The notes beneath the pieces are model-generated. The model was given only the letters and a program-made list of their open reading frames with translations, was not told where the DNA came from and ran no database searches. DNA of 63,914 nucleotides, filler included, from Choristocarpus tenellus KU-1152 (Eukaryota > Protista > Phaeophyceae): NCBI GenBank assembly GCA_964200185.2. It is 9 parts of 9 records of this genome, joined end to end, with 100 filler letters (N's around TTAATTAATTAA, not from the genome) between each part and the next. Parts side by side here need not be neighbours in the genome. Positions count along the whole stretch, not along the records: positions 1 to 6,968 come from CAXNAD020006947.1; positions 7,069 to 15,774 come from CAXNAD020004423.1; 7 more parts are not named here. One strand, 5' to 3'. The translations under genes were made by a program, and so were the position numbers. The stretch's first letter is position 1; each line of letters begins with the position of its first letter. Shown here piece by piece: positions 1 through 13,721 of the stretch.

Positions 1-665
1 GATATCATTGACTTTTAAGGGTTCCTATGACTGCCTATTGGCCCATGTGTCATGTGCATCTTGGAGGGCGGTTTTGACTAACAATGTCTGAACAATTTAT
101 TTTCTCCTCAACTGTCACACCACTCTAAGGAGGTTGACTGCATTTCGGGCATGGGCATGGCATATAATGTACAAAGTTGTTCAAACAGTTCCTAAAACCG
201 ACGAGGGCCAACATCGACCCCCTAGAAGGTGCACCTCATGATGATTTTGCTTGTACTTGAAAGTGGTGTGCGCATAGTTTCTAGTATATCAAAAAAATAA
301 TAATAATAATAAAGTCAACTCCTTATATTGCAAGAGTAATGAGCTTGATCTAACACAAATATTTAACGTTAATGAAAAAAAGTGCAATTTTTAACAACTG
401 TCACACAAAAAAGGCAACATAACAAGCCATTAAAAAAAACAACTTCATCCTGCATCTGCACCACAATAACACAAAGATTATCCCATCCACATCTACAAAT
501 GAAGTGTACTCATCCACGCTGGGGTGAGCATCAAATACTAGCACAGTAACTTAAAAAGAGTGGGAAAATTCTTGACCTTGACCTTGACCTTGATTCACAC
601 ATGCACCTTTTCATCAACAATCAGACAGATACCGCACCAGCTATACTCCAAACAAAAAAATAGAA

Positions 666-3600
666 TCAACAGTCACTGCACTGTAGTTTTACATTATCTG
701 AAGAGCTATCCCTGCTAGCTGCATCAGCATTTGCGTCACTCCTGACATTTTTGGCCCTTCTTTTCTCCAAGGCCAACTCCATTCTCGCCTTGGCTTCTGC
801 AATCTTCTTTTCTAACCCCACCAACCTGAAAAAAAAAACAAGAACATATCCCACACACCACCAAACCAAAAATCAAAAATGTTTTGAGGAGTTCTTGCAA
901 TGTGCATTGTTCCCCAAAAAATAGTACTGAAATTTCAAAACTAAACTGAGCATCACCATATTGTATTAGTACCTACAGCGTGTAAGGTCTTTCATCTTGT
1001 AGAGTTAATGAGATGAGACTATTCCACTGAGCTACTGTTCTCTTGTACCTCAACATCTTAGTAAGTAGTCACATCAACACTCAGGATTAGGGTTTGTATT
1101 GTGGAAAGAGTAACGGTACCACTCACTTATCCCCCTGACTGTTGTTGGATTCCACATTTCCAGCTCCTACTCCTTCCTTGTTTATCAAGCACAGTTCGTA
1201 ATCCCCAGTGTGTGTTGCTTCCCGGGTGAAGTAATCTTCTTCCTCCCCTGCTCAATCAATACACACAAACACCACTTCTAAAAAACTAGTTGTAGATAGA
1301 GTGGAGATAGATTGGAAGGAAATACTTTGGCCGAAAGGCTATGTGAAGCACTTCATCTCTTGCCTATGCACGTACTGATTTTTGAAACTTTTTTCTCACT
1401 GTTACATAGTCACCCTTACAATAAAAGGAAAATAAAATCCTTGCTAGAATGTCATGTATCACATACAGTGCCTTGCAGGCAGCCATAATAATCCAACCAT
1501 AAAAAAATAACTGTTGTGCATACTTTATCTCCACTCTGACAAAAACTAAACTGGAGTTAATTTTCTAATGCGATCAATATGACATGAAAATGACTATCAA
1601 TTGATTCAGAAGAAGTACTACACCATGTTTTCTTCTCAAGACCGGTGTATGGCATGCTCAATGTAGGCATCCCTTATGGAAAATAATTGATAAGGGGATT
1701 CAAATTGTAGAAACAACAACACCCAATGGGACATCAAGAGGAATTATTACTTTCTAACATAACTTACTCATGTCTACACTCTTCCTCATGCCACCAAATA
1801 TTATTATTAATAGTATCAATGTTAAACATGATCTCCACAGGAATATAAGGCATGATTTTCATAGTATTTTCTACTGCCATGCAACTTTCTCAACCTATCA
1901 AGCTTGCCAACATTTCATAGAATTTCCCCTTTCTACTACCCAGCTCTAGCCAAAGTCAACTCCTGAAGCAGCTTTGAAAGGTCTTAGCAGCATAAAGCAG
2001 AAAGCCCATCATCATCATCAACCACCGCACACAATACGTGTCTGTAAGCCAACCTCTTCCTATATAGAGCGCAGCTTCCTTAATCCTGGTAGACCCTCCT
2101 CCGCTCTTGAGAGTAACCATGATGTCTTGCATTGGGCCAGGTGTTAACACCTGTAGTAGTAGCAGTCACTTCACTTTCAGCACATAACTGTCTTTACCGT
2201 CATGATTGAAGCCTTTGCATTAACACTATAAAGCTATCAACATAGTGACATATGGAGTCATCCTTCTCATCTCACACCAATATGCCTGCTTTGAGGACCA
2301 CTCTAAATTTAAGACAAACACTGCACTTTAGAACAACAGTCTTCACCAATTGACTGTAACACAGTCATATGCACACTTGCAAACGCCTTCAAATCATGTG
2401 CAGTGCTTTATAACAAACTGCATTCATATCTTTTCTACTAAACACAGTAGGCAAGACTTAGGCTTGAGTAGAAAAATGAAGTTCAGGAACAAGAACAAGA
2501 ACTACCAATTGATGGCAGCAACATAAGTTACACCCAATGATGTTGTGTCAAATATCTTTGCCTACTGCAACAGGGGTGAAGGGTCAAACCGTAACCTTTT
2601 CGCAATGGTGTGGTTTAAACCTTTTGCGTGTGGTACACATATCTCCCTGTAATGATGATCAGTACACACTGTAGCCCCAACACCCCATGTCCTCCAAAGA
2701 TTCACAAGGTCAGATGGATAACAAGATTCGTTGTCAATACAAACAACAATGCCGTTGCAGCCATTGCTCTTGCTTGTACAGGGATCTTATTCCTCAGCCC
2801 AAGCTAGACACTGCAATTTCATCCGTCTACTTCAAACTAACACCGGACAACACCTAAATTACAATGTGAAATCAACAAAAGCAACACACAGTGAAGTTTA
2901 GGTTGGGGGCAAAGTACATTGTGCAACCTTTCGTAAGCACCAAAAAAAAGCAAAAAAAAAAGTCATTTCAATACCATTAGTAAGATTTTAATCAATATTG
3001 TCGGACACAATTGTCACATCTACCCAACAGGTTCTACTGATTGTGCTTACACCCTTTGAGGCAATTCAGCAACCACCTCCTTTTACAAGGGAATATCACA
3101 TTTTGGCCATGCCATACAAGCATACACAGCAATGCAAAGAAATGGGGTGGATCGACAGTGATGGAAAACAAAACATAAATATAACCCAAGGTAATATAAA
3201 TGTGTTTCAAAGGATAATTGAAGAACAGTTAAGCATGACAGATTAACCATTTGGGAAGAGATGAAGAGGTGAGACAGGTATACCTTTGTACATTTTTGGA
3301 TTAAGTACCTCTGATTGGTTAGGGTTAGGAATCTGATTAATCAGTGACTTGATGAAACATTGGTCAAGAGAGCAAAAGCACCTACAACGCAAGGCAATAG
3401 GTGTTGACCACGCACTCCCTAGGACCCTAGATCATTTCAAATTACTTTCTATGCTTTTTGTGAGCCTTCATTAGCATCCTAGGCAGAGAGTTGTAAGTAT
3501 AGAAAAACTGAAGAACGCCTACTATATTGCAGTTCTCCTCATGGCAAGTTGTGTACACGCAAGATACTACCACCCTATCTATTCGTCATGCGTACTCATA

Positions 3601-4332
3601 CATGTAGAAAAGTTCGCAATCCACAACACGCAGCATTAACACTGAGCATTCTACCTCCTTGTATCGTGGAACTGAGAAAGGTTGAGTGCCCGCATTGTCA
3701 CCTAATGAGTAATCTGATGATAAGCACTTGGCACTCAACACTTGTCTTGGCATCCCTTTGTTGTATAGCCCAATCGTAAGAAACAAAAGTCTAAGGATAC
3801 GCATTGTCAAAGAAACAAGGCAAGCTCCATCATTCGCCATTTGTACCAGTGATCAGTAGATAGAGAGTATAAGCCAGTGAAGGTCTAGTGTGGTGTTTGG
3901 GGTGCCAAAACCTGGGCGTGATCTTGACAACCGTCGGACCCACCCAGGGAAAAACCAGCATGTAGGGGTTTACTAACACTAGCCCGATTCAAGGAGAGGG
4001 AGCGATTCAAATTATTAATCAGCATGCGCCTACCGCAGATTGAGGTAATGAGGGCGAGGGATAAACTGTGCAGGACTCAAGAACGAAATGGTGCAAAACT
4101 CCCCAAGTGTCCAAACCAGTTACCAAAAATGAGGCAGGATCGTGAAGGACAGTACCTCATAGTTTGCATTGATGAGATCTCCCGCCTTGGCAGTAATAAT
4201 GAAGCATTCCTGATACCCGTAGCCCACATCGACTGTAATTCCTTGTCCCAGTGGCGATATCAATACAATCACGAAGAGAAGTGCACCCAACCATCTCCTC
4301 CACAGTGATAAACCAAACACCTCTGATGCCAT
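666..4332 (-). CDS. emp24/gp25L/p24 (GOLD-domain) family protein, 4 exons; last exon uncertain
   Basis: Exons 4332-4156 (MASEVF...signal-like LGALLFVIVLISPLGQG, ITVDVGYGYQECFIITAKAGDLINANYE), 2150-2054 (VLTPGPMQDIMVTLKS...ALYIGR), 1247-1127 (GEEEDYFTREATHTGDYELCLINK...) and 825-666. All introns are GT-AG with matching phases (0,1,2). The ECF ... G.YELC cysteine pair is the GOLD signature. Confidence 0.75.
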
Positions 4333-6968
4333 AACTAACGTCCCCACTCGTCAACCTCTTTACTCAGGGAACCTCCACAGTAGCTGATATCCAACTTCCT
4401 CGTCCTTCCTTCCACCTCCTTCCACACAACAGTATCTATCCTATTTCGTCGAAGAGACCCGAGATCCCACCCCTCGCGCACCAACCCGCGTGCTTGAATT
4501 GCCTTTGTGCGCTTAAGTTTGTTGTGAAGTACTGGATATAATTTAGTCTCAGAATTATTTGTGCAACAATAGTAGTAGTGTCTACTTCATTTTACTATAG
4601 TAATTATACTATAGTAATTATATTGTTGGTACTATCTACCATCAACCCAGTAACACTAATAACAGTGCAGAACAATGAGAAAGATGTGTCTATACACATC
4701 AAAACCATATCCTCCAAATATTACAAATCACGCTAGGGTTAGGTTTGAAAGGTCGGGTTGATGCCTTTGATCTAACGATGTATACTCTTGAAAAGAAATT
4801 GTTGGTGACCTCCTCCAACTCTGTGGGTTATAACGGAGAGCCTTCCAACGGTAGTGGTAGTTGATTCAGTCCGATAGGCGAACACGACTTGGTACGCATT
4901 GACACCTATGCCTACCATACGAATTCATCACTCCAATATGATACTTGAACTACTTGAACTTGAAAGAAAAGAATATACATCGTCACAGCAGTTCCAAAAA
5001 CTATCATGCTTTTTGAGATTTCTTGGTGAACGTGGTAATCTTTCACACTGAGTACTCGCTGTAAAGATAGTGTTTTAGAGGACCTATTATGTAGTAAATT
5101 AGCTCCCAAGACAGATTGTTACGCCTACTCTCTTGAATCGTGTTCTGAATGACGAGAAAAATGTGTATCATAGGTAAGACGGACCAGACGGACTAACAAG
5201 AACCGCAACCGAGAGGAAGAGGTTAAGGTTGGACAAGTGCAAAACTTCAAGGGCTTGCACAAAACTGAGGAGACTGACTGATGTTATTATGCCTTCTGCC
5301 ATTTTGTCCTTAAATATATGGTTTATATACATCGTGAGACGATTGCATTGTTGAACATGTCTTAGCAAACCTATGCAAATGAACCTGTTCCTCCAACATT
5401 TGGAGGAGGACGGCGTAGAACAGTAGTGCAAGATTCACGAAACATTTTGTGTCATAATGCAAATGGCAAGTGCAAGATGCCGGCTGGTGTGATGCTTTGA
5501 CAATGTTCTCGGAGTAAACTATGGGCATGTGGTGTTTAATCGTATGGTGAGTGAGCACAGCTGGAGCAGGGGGGACTTACAAGTGCACGAAATATGGCAC
5601 CCTAAGTTAAATGGGGGGAGGAAGCACATATGGCGATGATGCAGCAGGTGCTCCTCAGTCTTGTATGTTGAGCACTTAACTGACGTTTCTGAGTGCAACT
5701 ATTGCATGCATTAGTGTAAGAGATGTATATTCTGAACAAGTGCCATGCACTCACTGTACACAACAAGCTCTTTGCAATTTTTGAAGTATTCATAGGAAAC
5801 ACCACAATCCAATGTAAGCACTCCACATGCACTCAGGTCTATAGGCATGCATGCGCATATATGATCCCTCTGTAAATGTCATACGCCTGAATTTGTTAGC
5901 CCTCCATCTCCTCAAGACAATATTAAAATTATCATTGTTAGGGCTGTGTCTGAATCCTTGCTAGTCCCAAGAAGCTGGGGCACTACATCGCTCCACTCCT
6001 GTTCTCCCAAGGCACACAAACATTTCTCTACAAATGTGGCAGCTTGTTTCTTCCTTTTCTTCGGAAACACCAGCGCCCTCCTTGCTCCAGAAATTTCCGT
6101 TGTCTTCAGAAAAGCTCGGCATACCTTGATCCTCTACACTCTCCTATCATACCCCCCTCCTAGTCTGAAGCATAAGGTGATGACTCTATGAAACTCTGTA
6201 CCTTGAATAGCCTCAAATACATTGAACTCCCTGGCATGGAAGCTGATTTATGCCTTGGGCATGGTCTCATTCACTTGCTCCCCTTTGCTATGGAAGACAT
6301 CTAGTGCGCTTATCTCACGCCAATCCCTCCAACGCAAACTACAAAAAATACCCTCTCCTTCCTCCTCTCCTCGTGTCACTTCTCTTCCACCACGCTTCCT
6401 TCTAATATCTCCACCCATGGACTGCAACGCATTCCCAAAGTAACATGCTCTTCAAAGCAATATAATATCCATAGCTGTCTTGCTGTTGGAGCCCTTACTC
6501 TGCCCACCCTTCAGTGTAGCTGTGATAGTTGCCTCAACTTTCGTTCATGAATAAATTCCCAGTCCCCAGGTCGTTTGGTCCCCCTCTGACCCTCACTGAT
6601 TCTCTCTCTATCCCCCAAACAGCCATTCACACCCCCTCGCCCCAAGTCAATCCCCCCATCTCCTATAGCCTTGTTCTTCTTGTCCTGTACTCCCAATACT
6701 ACTCCTTCACTCCAGACCTGCAGACTCTCCTTGTTGGAAGGGTGATCATCACTCAACATGTTCCAGTCTCTCTCAGTCCTTACCGCCTCTGCAGCACCCA
6801 TGGCCCTCATCCCACTGCCTCCAGTGTGATGTTGTACCTCCACAGACCGATGCACCACTCCCTCTTGTTTGTCCTCCACTGATCCTTCTTCCATCATACC
6901 AATCTCCTTGGTCCCCATGCCCACCTTGTCCACCTTTGATGCCCTCCCCCAGGAGGAGTACAGCCCTG

Positions 6969-7068
6969 NNNNNNNNNNNNNNNNNNNNNNNNNNNNNNNN
7001 NNNNNNNNNNNNTTAATTAATTAANNNNNNNNNNNNNNNNNNNNNNNNNNNNNNNNNNNNNNNNNNNN
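6969..7068. other. Artificial contig linker (44 N + TTAATTAATTAA + 44 N); identical linkers at 15775-15874, 32298-32397, 36314-36413, 41219-41318, 46033-46132, 49215-49314, 59996-60095
   Basis: Eight identical 100-nt blocks containing a six-frame stop linker. Confidence 0.98.
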
Positions 7069-7110
7069 GTGTGGATGGGTGTGGATGGGTGGGAGAGGTT
7101 AAATGTCAGT

Positions 7111-7298
7111 GACCCAAAGTATCTGGGTGGGGGGGGAGGGTCTACACCAGAGTGTTCATTTGGGTCAAATTCAGGAAAAGTGCATTTACATTATCCATTC
7201 GATGTATGCAACCAAAACTCCCGAAAATCCCGAAAATCGCAACATGAAAAAATTGACCCCAAATGGACAGCCGCCACCCCCCCCAGATACTTAGAGCC
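7111..7298 (+). mobile_element. MITE family A (~185 bp, putative Sola2-derived)
   Basis: TIRs GACCCAAAGTATCTGGG...CCCCAGATACTTAGAGCC. The internal sequence (..aaattgaccccaaatggacagccgccacccc..) is shared with copies at 36074, 43298 and 49387. Confidence 0.85.
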
Positions 7299-9144
7299 AG
7301 TACTAAAATAATACCTTTTCCGAAATAGAAAAAACAGTGGCATTACCACGTGAATGCGACGAAACATTTCGGACAGTATATACCTGAAAATAGAGAACAA
7401 AAAAAGTGCTGCCATTTCTATATTTTCTGTAAAAAAAAAAGAAGTCAATCAACCGCTATTGTAATTAATACAAATACCTCTTGAAAAAAAAAAAAACTGT
7501 TCTGGTACAAACATAGCCGCCGTAGTCTACTACAAGCCCTTACTTGCACGTACAGCTGAGATTTCACTGGCCAATCCATCACAAAAGGTACAGAAGAAAT
7601 TTCTTCGGGACATCACATCACATCAATACAACACTACAACATTTGCCAACAGTGCGACTCCCCCCCACCCAGCACTCCTAGCACAGATCGGTGTAATAAA
7701 TAATAAATAGAGATTCACTATAGTCAGTGGTATGGCGGAGCTCTATGGGACTAAAGAAATGACCGTTCAGGGTATACCTCAAATTACGTTGTGCCGATTG
7801 AGGTAAAAATGCGTAGCAACACCCCGCTCTGCTGACTGTCGATTTCTAAGCCATCAGAAAGTGGGAAAAAAAATAAAAAATTGCTGTCCCCAGCACAAGC
7901 CTCCAATTTTTAACACTGATACCCATTCTACAACTCTACAACAATCGAAAATCACCCCCGTACACAGCAGACACTTGATACAGCCATGTGAGGGCACCAC
8001 AAGGGGGAGGCGTAGGCGCAGAGGAGCCCTGTCTACTTGGGTGGAAGTTGGGTAGCCAGTTCATTTGTCCATACACATCCATACCGTTGAACCACCACTG
8101 TGTACCAGAAATCCATGGGACTTCATTGACAGTTCGCGCTGTCACCTTTTCCGTACACAAAGCCTAGCATGCAAAGAGCAAAGAGGGTTTGTACATGAGT
8201 ATGTAATGCGTACATTCATATTTGTGTGCGTACTTGGAACCTTTAGCTCCAGATACGTATATGCACAGAGCCTGTGTACAAACTTCAAACTGTTCTCAAT
8301 TAACATAGCTGTCCGCGTTATATACTATGTACATATCACACCTCCTGTATCGCAGTGTTGATAATGTGGCACCCTTGGCAGAACAGAATATATACACTGC
8401 GTGCATTTTCTTTTTCTTTTGTACCGCCCCCTCTCTCACAAGATAGGACAAAAAAAAGAGTTGCGTATTGATTCCTCTGCAAATGTTTACACGCGACCAA
8501 CCTCTCCCCCCCTTCCCTCACACCTCAGAAAAATAAATAAATAAATATATATATATATATATATATAAGAAAATGGTGCAGGAAAAGCATCGATGATATG
8601 CCAATTCCAATAATACAACAAGTACAGAGAGTGCTCACGACCAGAGGAGCGAAGTCCAAAATAGCACACTCTAACTCTTACAGTACGAGGCCCCTGTGCT
8701 CTCCCTCTTCACAAACAGTTAAGTCGTGTCTACCCCTCACACCTACCGACATAAGTAGTCCTACAACGACAAGGGGCCCGTATGATTATATATAACTCTT
8801 GTTATCGCATGAAGTGCTCAAAAGTGCACACCATTTCCTGCCCTCACCAACCTGTCTCTAATCCCCTCCCCACCAACACAAAGCACTCATCAGTTAGGGT
8901 TAGGGTTATGCTCATTTCATTTGCCTTGGAGCACAGTGCCTTCTGTCCCCAATCACTTAGAATGCACACAGGAAGAGGAAGCAGGTACGGTTGTCCTCCA
9001 CCATCACAGCGAGGAATTCATCATACCAGGATAAGGATGTTGGGAAAAAAAAATCCTCAGCTACTCTTGTGGAGACGCTCCATCTTTGTGTACGGTTGCA
9101 ACATCTATAAAATAAAATTAATGCAAACAATTCGCCATCAGCAC

Positions 9145-10932
9145 CTTACGGATATGAGGTAGGTGAACAGGTCAAACGACAGTCTTGGATCCATCCAAGT
9201 CAAGCGTAGCCGACACTTATGCCAGGTACTTCTTTTTAAATGTTGCCGCTCAAGTCACCATTGGCATCTCATGACCATGGGGCAGGTGAGATTGTCAAAC
9301 AATAGCTTTGGATCCGTCCAAGTCACGTGTACCTGGTACTTGTTCCATATTGCTTCAAAATGTTGCCGCTCAAGTCACCAGCGGTATATATCTCATGGTT
9401 ATGGGGCAGGTGAAACGGTCAAACAGTTTTGGACCCATCCAAGCCATGTGCTACTTATACTTCCACCAAATATCTCAAAGTGTTGCCATTCAAGTCACCA
9501 TTGCCATCTTCTGATTATGGGGTAGTTGAAACCGTCAAGCAACAGCTTTTGATCCTTTCGACGCCATGTGTAACTGATAGGTCAAATGCTTCAAAATATT
9601 GTTGCTCAAGTCAACATGGGTATCATGGTTGTGGGGCAGGTGAAAACGACCAAAGAACAGTTTTAGATCCATCCAAGCCATGTGCAACTGACAGTTTTGT
9701 AAGGCATTTTCAAACAAGGCCACCCAAGTCACTATTGCTGCATTATGGATATGTGGCAGTTACAGGACAGGTGAAGCAGTAAAACAACAGCTATCGATGT
9801 ATCTAAGCCATGTGCAACTGAAACGTACAACAGATACTTCAAAAATGTTGCCACTCAACTCACCAACGGAAACTTACAGATATGGGGCAGATATTGGGCA
9901 GGTGAAATGATCAAGCAAAAGTGTTTGATACACCCAAGTCATGCGCAACCGACACTTATTCCAAATACTTCAAAATGTTGCTGCTCAAGTCACCATTAGT
10001 ATACTATGATTATGGGTCACGTGAAATGGTAAAATAATGGTTTATTGATATATCCAAATCATACACAACTGACACGCCAAATATGTAAAAAATGTTGCCG
10101 CTCAAGTCATCAATAGTATATTATGAATATGAGTCAGGTGAAATGGTCAAACAACTTATTTTCATATATCCAAGTCATATGTAACTGACACCTATGCAAA
10201 ATACCTTTAAAATGTTCCTGTTCAAGTCGCCAATGGTATATTATGGATAAGGGCCAGTCATTGGGCTGGTGGAACACTCAAACAACAGTACAACAGTCTT
10301 GGATCTATCTAAGGCATGTGTAATTGACACTTATTGGTATCTTACGGATATAGGGCAGTTATTAGGCAGGTCAAACGGTCAAACAACACTTTGGATCCAT
10401 CCCAGCAATGTGTAACTGACCCTTTTGTAAAGCACTTTCAAATAACACTACTCAAGTCATTATTGCAATATTATGGATATGGGGCAGGTCAAACGGTCAA
10501 ACAACACTTTTAGATCTATCCAAGCCGTTTGTAGCTGACAGTTACACCAAATATATCAAAATGTAGCCGCTCAAGTCATCGTTGGCGTATTTTGGATATG
10601 GGACAGCTAATAGCAAGTGAAGCGGCCAAATAACAGCTTTGGATCCATCTAAGTCGAGCTTAACTGACAGACACTTCAGCAAAATACCTCAAAATGCTGC
10701 CGCACAAGTCGATATTGATAAATTATGGATATGGGGCAGTTGCTGGGCAGGTGAAACAGTCAAACAACAGTTTTGGATCGATATAAGTAACGTTTAACTG
10801 GCACTTATCATGTACATAAAAAATACATTAAAATGTTGTCGCTTAGGTCACCATTGGTATCTTATGGTCATTGGACAGGTGTGATGGTCAAACAACAGTT
10901 TTTGACCCATCCAAGCAAATGTGTAACTGACA
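9145..10932. repeat. Degenerate tandem satellite, ~120-bp unit, ~15 copies
   Basis: Approximate consensus ATGGATATGGGGCAGGTGAAACGGTCAAACAACAGTTTTGGATCCATCCAAGTCATGTGTAACTGACACTTATNCCAAATACTTCAAAATGTTGCCGCTCAAGTCACCATTGGTATCTT. The GGTGAAA anchor recurs near 9163, 9286, 9410, 9525, 9640, 9771, 9902, 10021, 10138, 10269, 10370, 10487, 10617, 10751 and 10879. Confidence 0.92.
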
Positions 10933-11377
10933 TAGGACGGTAGTTTTGATAGCATGTGACATATTTTACCAAAGCAAACAACAAAAAGCAAGTAACTGAA
11001 AAAAAAACTAACCCTAACCCTACTGAAAACCTTCAAATGCATCATACCTTGGACATCGTAACATTTGCATAGCACTAATTGACCGTTTTTACTGTCACAG
11101 GGGACTAGACATGGTTCGTGTAAGAGATGATAAGAGCAGATAGGCGTTGAGCCTTGTCCCAGACACCATGTGCTACAGAGTAAACCTGAGAGCACTTTCC
11201 TGGACAACAGGCACTCTAGACCAAATGGATTCCGAGCTTTGTCCCACACAATAAAAGCTCTATGCAAAAAGTTTTGTGGGTATTCCAGAGCAACACTAAC
11301 TTTGGGTTTGACAGTTCTTCAAGGTCTGGGATGCATACATCACTCACAACAGTCCCTTTTTCTATGACACCTCTCAC

Positions 11378-13721
11378 CAATATCAAACTGCCGAGCAGCA
11401 AAAACCTTCTCTCCCTCCCCTAGACCACCCCCTCCCCTTCCACCTCCCCGAGCCCTACCCCCACGCTGTTGAACCTGCCCCAGCCTTCGTCCCCTTCCCC
11501 TACCCCTTCCCCCCCTCCCCCCAGACCCCTTCCGACCTTGCCGGTAATCCTGCATTGGTAGGCCAGCAAGTGCTCTTATGGTTGGCAGTACCTGTGACAT
11601 CCATCCCCACCACATTGGGCAAAAGCAGAGACCGCACACAGAGGGTCCAGAGAGGAATAAGGGCCTTCTTCAGAGAGAGTTTCAGAATGGTATGATGAAT
11701 TTGGCACATGTTGAGTGGTGGGGTGATCAGATATTGATTCTGCACAATGTAGGGCAGCAGTTCGTTGCTATGATTATTACTATTACCAGTACTATTATTA
11801 TTATTACTATCACAACAGGTGTTTCACAGGTCATCCATTGACCAGGCCTTAAAGAGAAGCAATTGGTTTGAAGTTACTTATGGTTGATTGATTGGTGATA
11901 GCTGCAAGATACCACCATCAGCCTTAACAGTTGTGCTATCATGCAGGACCTCACTATAATTTGGAGCAATTGAATACTATCAGTGGCCAATTGAATCAGG
12001 GAGGTGGGGCAAAGGTTCAAAACAGAAAAATAACCAAACAAGGCCACATCATTGGCCAATCCTCAGAAAGGTATGGCTAATGCAAATCCAAATCCACACA
12101 AGAAAAAGGTACAATGAACAGTGATAAAACCAACACATTGATGTTTCTCTTCATTGCAAAATCCCCTTTCCCTGGTCTCCTCTTTGCCTTACAACAACCC
12201 TATCCCTAACTCCACCAATGATGCTACCTTCTCCCTCCCCCTCCCTCCCCCTTAAATCTCACATCTGCCTTCATCCACTGGCTATCACATTCCCCCACCC
12301 CAGAATCCACCACCCCATCACCCCCTTCCTCACTGGGAAAATTGAGCTTAAGGCTTCTCTTCCCAACTGCATGGCCACTGGATGCGAAATCTACATTCCA
12401 CACCAATGAGGCTCCACCCACGGCAGCCACAATCCCAACACCACCAGTATAGCTGAAGAGATTGAGCACCTTACGTGAGCAATCAGGACAGTGCAATGGA
12501 AAGATGTGGCAAGGAGAGGTGGACGGAGAGAGAATGAATCAAAGGAGCAAAAGTCCTTTAGCATATGGCCGACAAAATAATCACGTCTTACTACTTTAAA
12601 CGACTATATCACTAGTCAAAAAATATATTTTTGTACTTTACAATAGTTGTGTCGTTGGCTTTGTCTAGTCACAACGCACTTCATGTAGTTCGGTCAACGT
12701 GTTCATGGCATGGGAGTAAAATGCCTCACGTATTAAACCCACTCACCTCTTGGTCCTTGCAGTTCTCCATCATCCATTTCCGTGCTGTTCTGAGGTCTAG
12801 AAACAGCAATGGATCGATCCCCCTGTGTCGGGCAGAAAGTGAATATTTTACACCGTTTTCAGATCCTTCCTGGACTTCTAGTGCAGCTTTTGTTGGTTCG
12901 TGAGACGAGCTCAAGTGATGAGGGCGCTCCTCATGCCCACCCAGTCCACCCCGCTCCCTTCCTTGCTCGACATGAGGCTTCTTGCGCCGATCGTTCCAGA
13001 CGGGTACTAGGTCTGGAGATCCGAGGAAAGTTCTCGCAATAAGGCATAACTCATCGACAGTGGCCGGGCCAAATCCGATTGGCGGTTCCCTGAACGTCTG
13101 CACGAGTATGACCTTCAATAGGCTCCCATCAGGATAAGAGTGGGAGGCCGGAGCATGCGGAATATTAGGGACTGCACTATGTCAGGGGTAACTAGACGAT
13201 CAGTAGAAAATCATAGTTCTCTTTGACTGGCTCAGTTGGATCAGTGTAATTGAGATGTGAAAGGAATAAGTGTTTCCCCATCCCACCTTCCCATAGCGAT
13301 CAACTGTTAACCCTGGGCAACCTTCCACCGCCCCATGGAACAATCTGTAGCAGTCCGTCTTCTCTTCTTTTAGCCGCACAAATAACCCCCTTCGAGCATT
13401 CAGCGCCGTCTTGAAGTAAGACAGGAAAGACTCGGAGGATGGCGGTGCTGCTGACGTAGGCGGTAAGGAAAGATTGCTTTGATTTGAATCATTAGTATTC
13501 TCGACTCTGTTACGTTCCACCGCATAAGACGGTTGGGAGCGGACAGAATGGGAGCAGGCAGCATGACTTGAGGGTGGAAAGTGGTGAAGGTCTGGAATTA
13601 TAGTAAAGTATGGAACTGGATGTTGACGGAGAACGCCCGAGAGGAAAGCTGGGGCAATGGTCGGGGTGGAAGCAAGCAAAGCCAAAGTCAGGGCCACCGC
13701 CGCCTCTCGATACATGGGCAT
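11378..13721 (-). CDS. Class I SAM-dependent methyltransferase, RlmI/RlmK-like (rRNA methyltransferase family), probably plastid-targeted; 3' exon(s) not found
   Basis: Exons 13721(or 13775)-13287 (...TDCYRLFHGAVEGCPGLTVDRYGK), 13112-12747 (VILVQTF...RHRGIDPLLFLDLRTARKWM), 12469-12263 (VLNLFSYTGGVGIVAAVGGASLVWNVDFASS...WMKAD) and 11591-11378 (VLPTIRALAGLP...FAARQFDI), with GT-AG introns in frame. YRL..G..EG.PGLTVDRYG, LFLD.R and VLNLFSYTGG are RlmI/RlmK family motifs. Confidence 0.85.

Noticed and set aside
5161-5600. Possible Copia LTR-retrotransposon relic with a polypurine tract (gcaggggggac)
   Set aside because: No recognisable RT/integrase motif and no paired LTRs; evidence too weak.
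7013-7024. Recurring TTAATTAATTAA palindrome inside N-runs
   Set aside because: An identical synthetic linker at every gap; not biological.
9145-10932. 120-bp array as CRISPR-like or as LRR-coding exons (minus strand reads DLSGNIL / DLSNNIL)
   Set aside because: Divergence is spread over the whole unit with no unique spacers. All frames have frequent stops and indels, and no consistent splice sites frame an LRR-sized exon.
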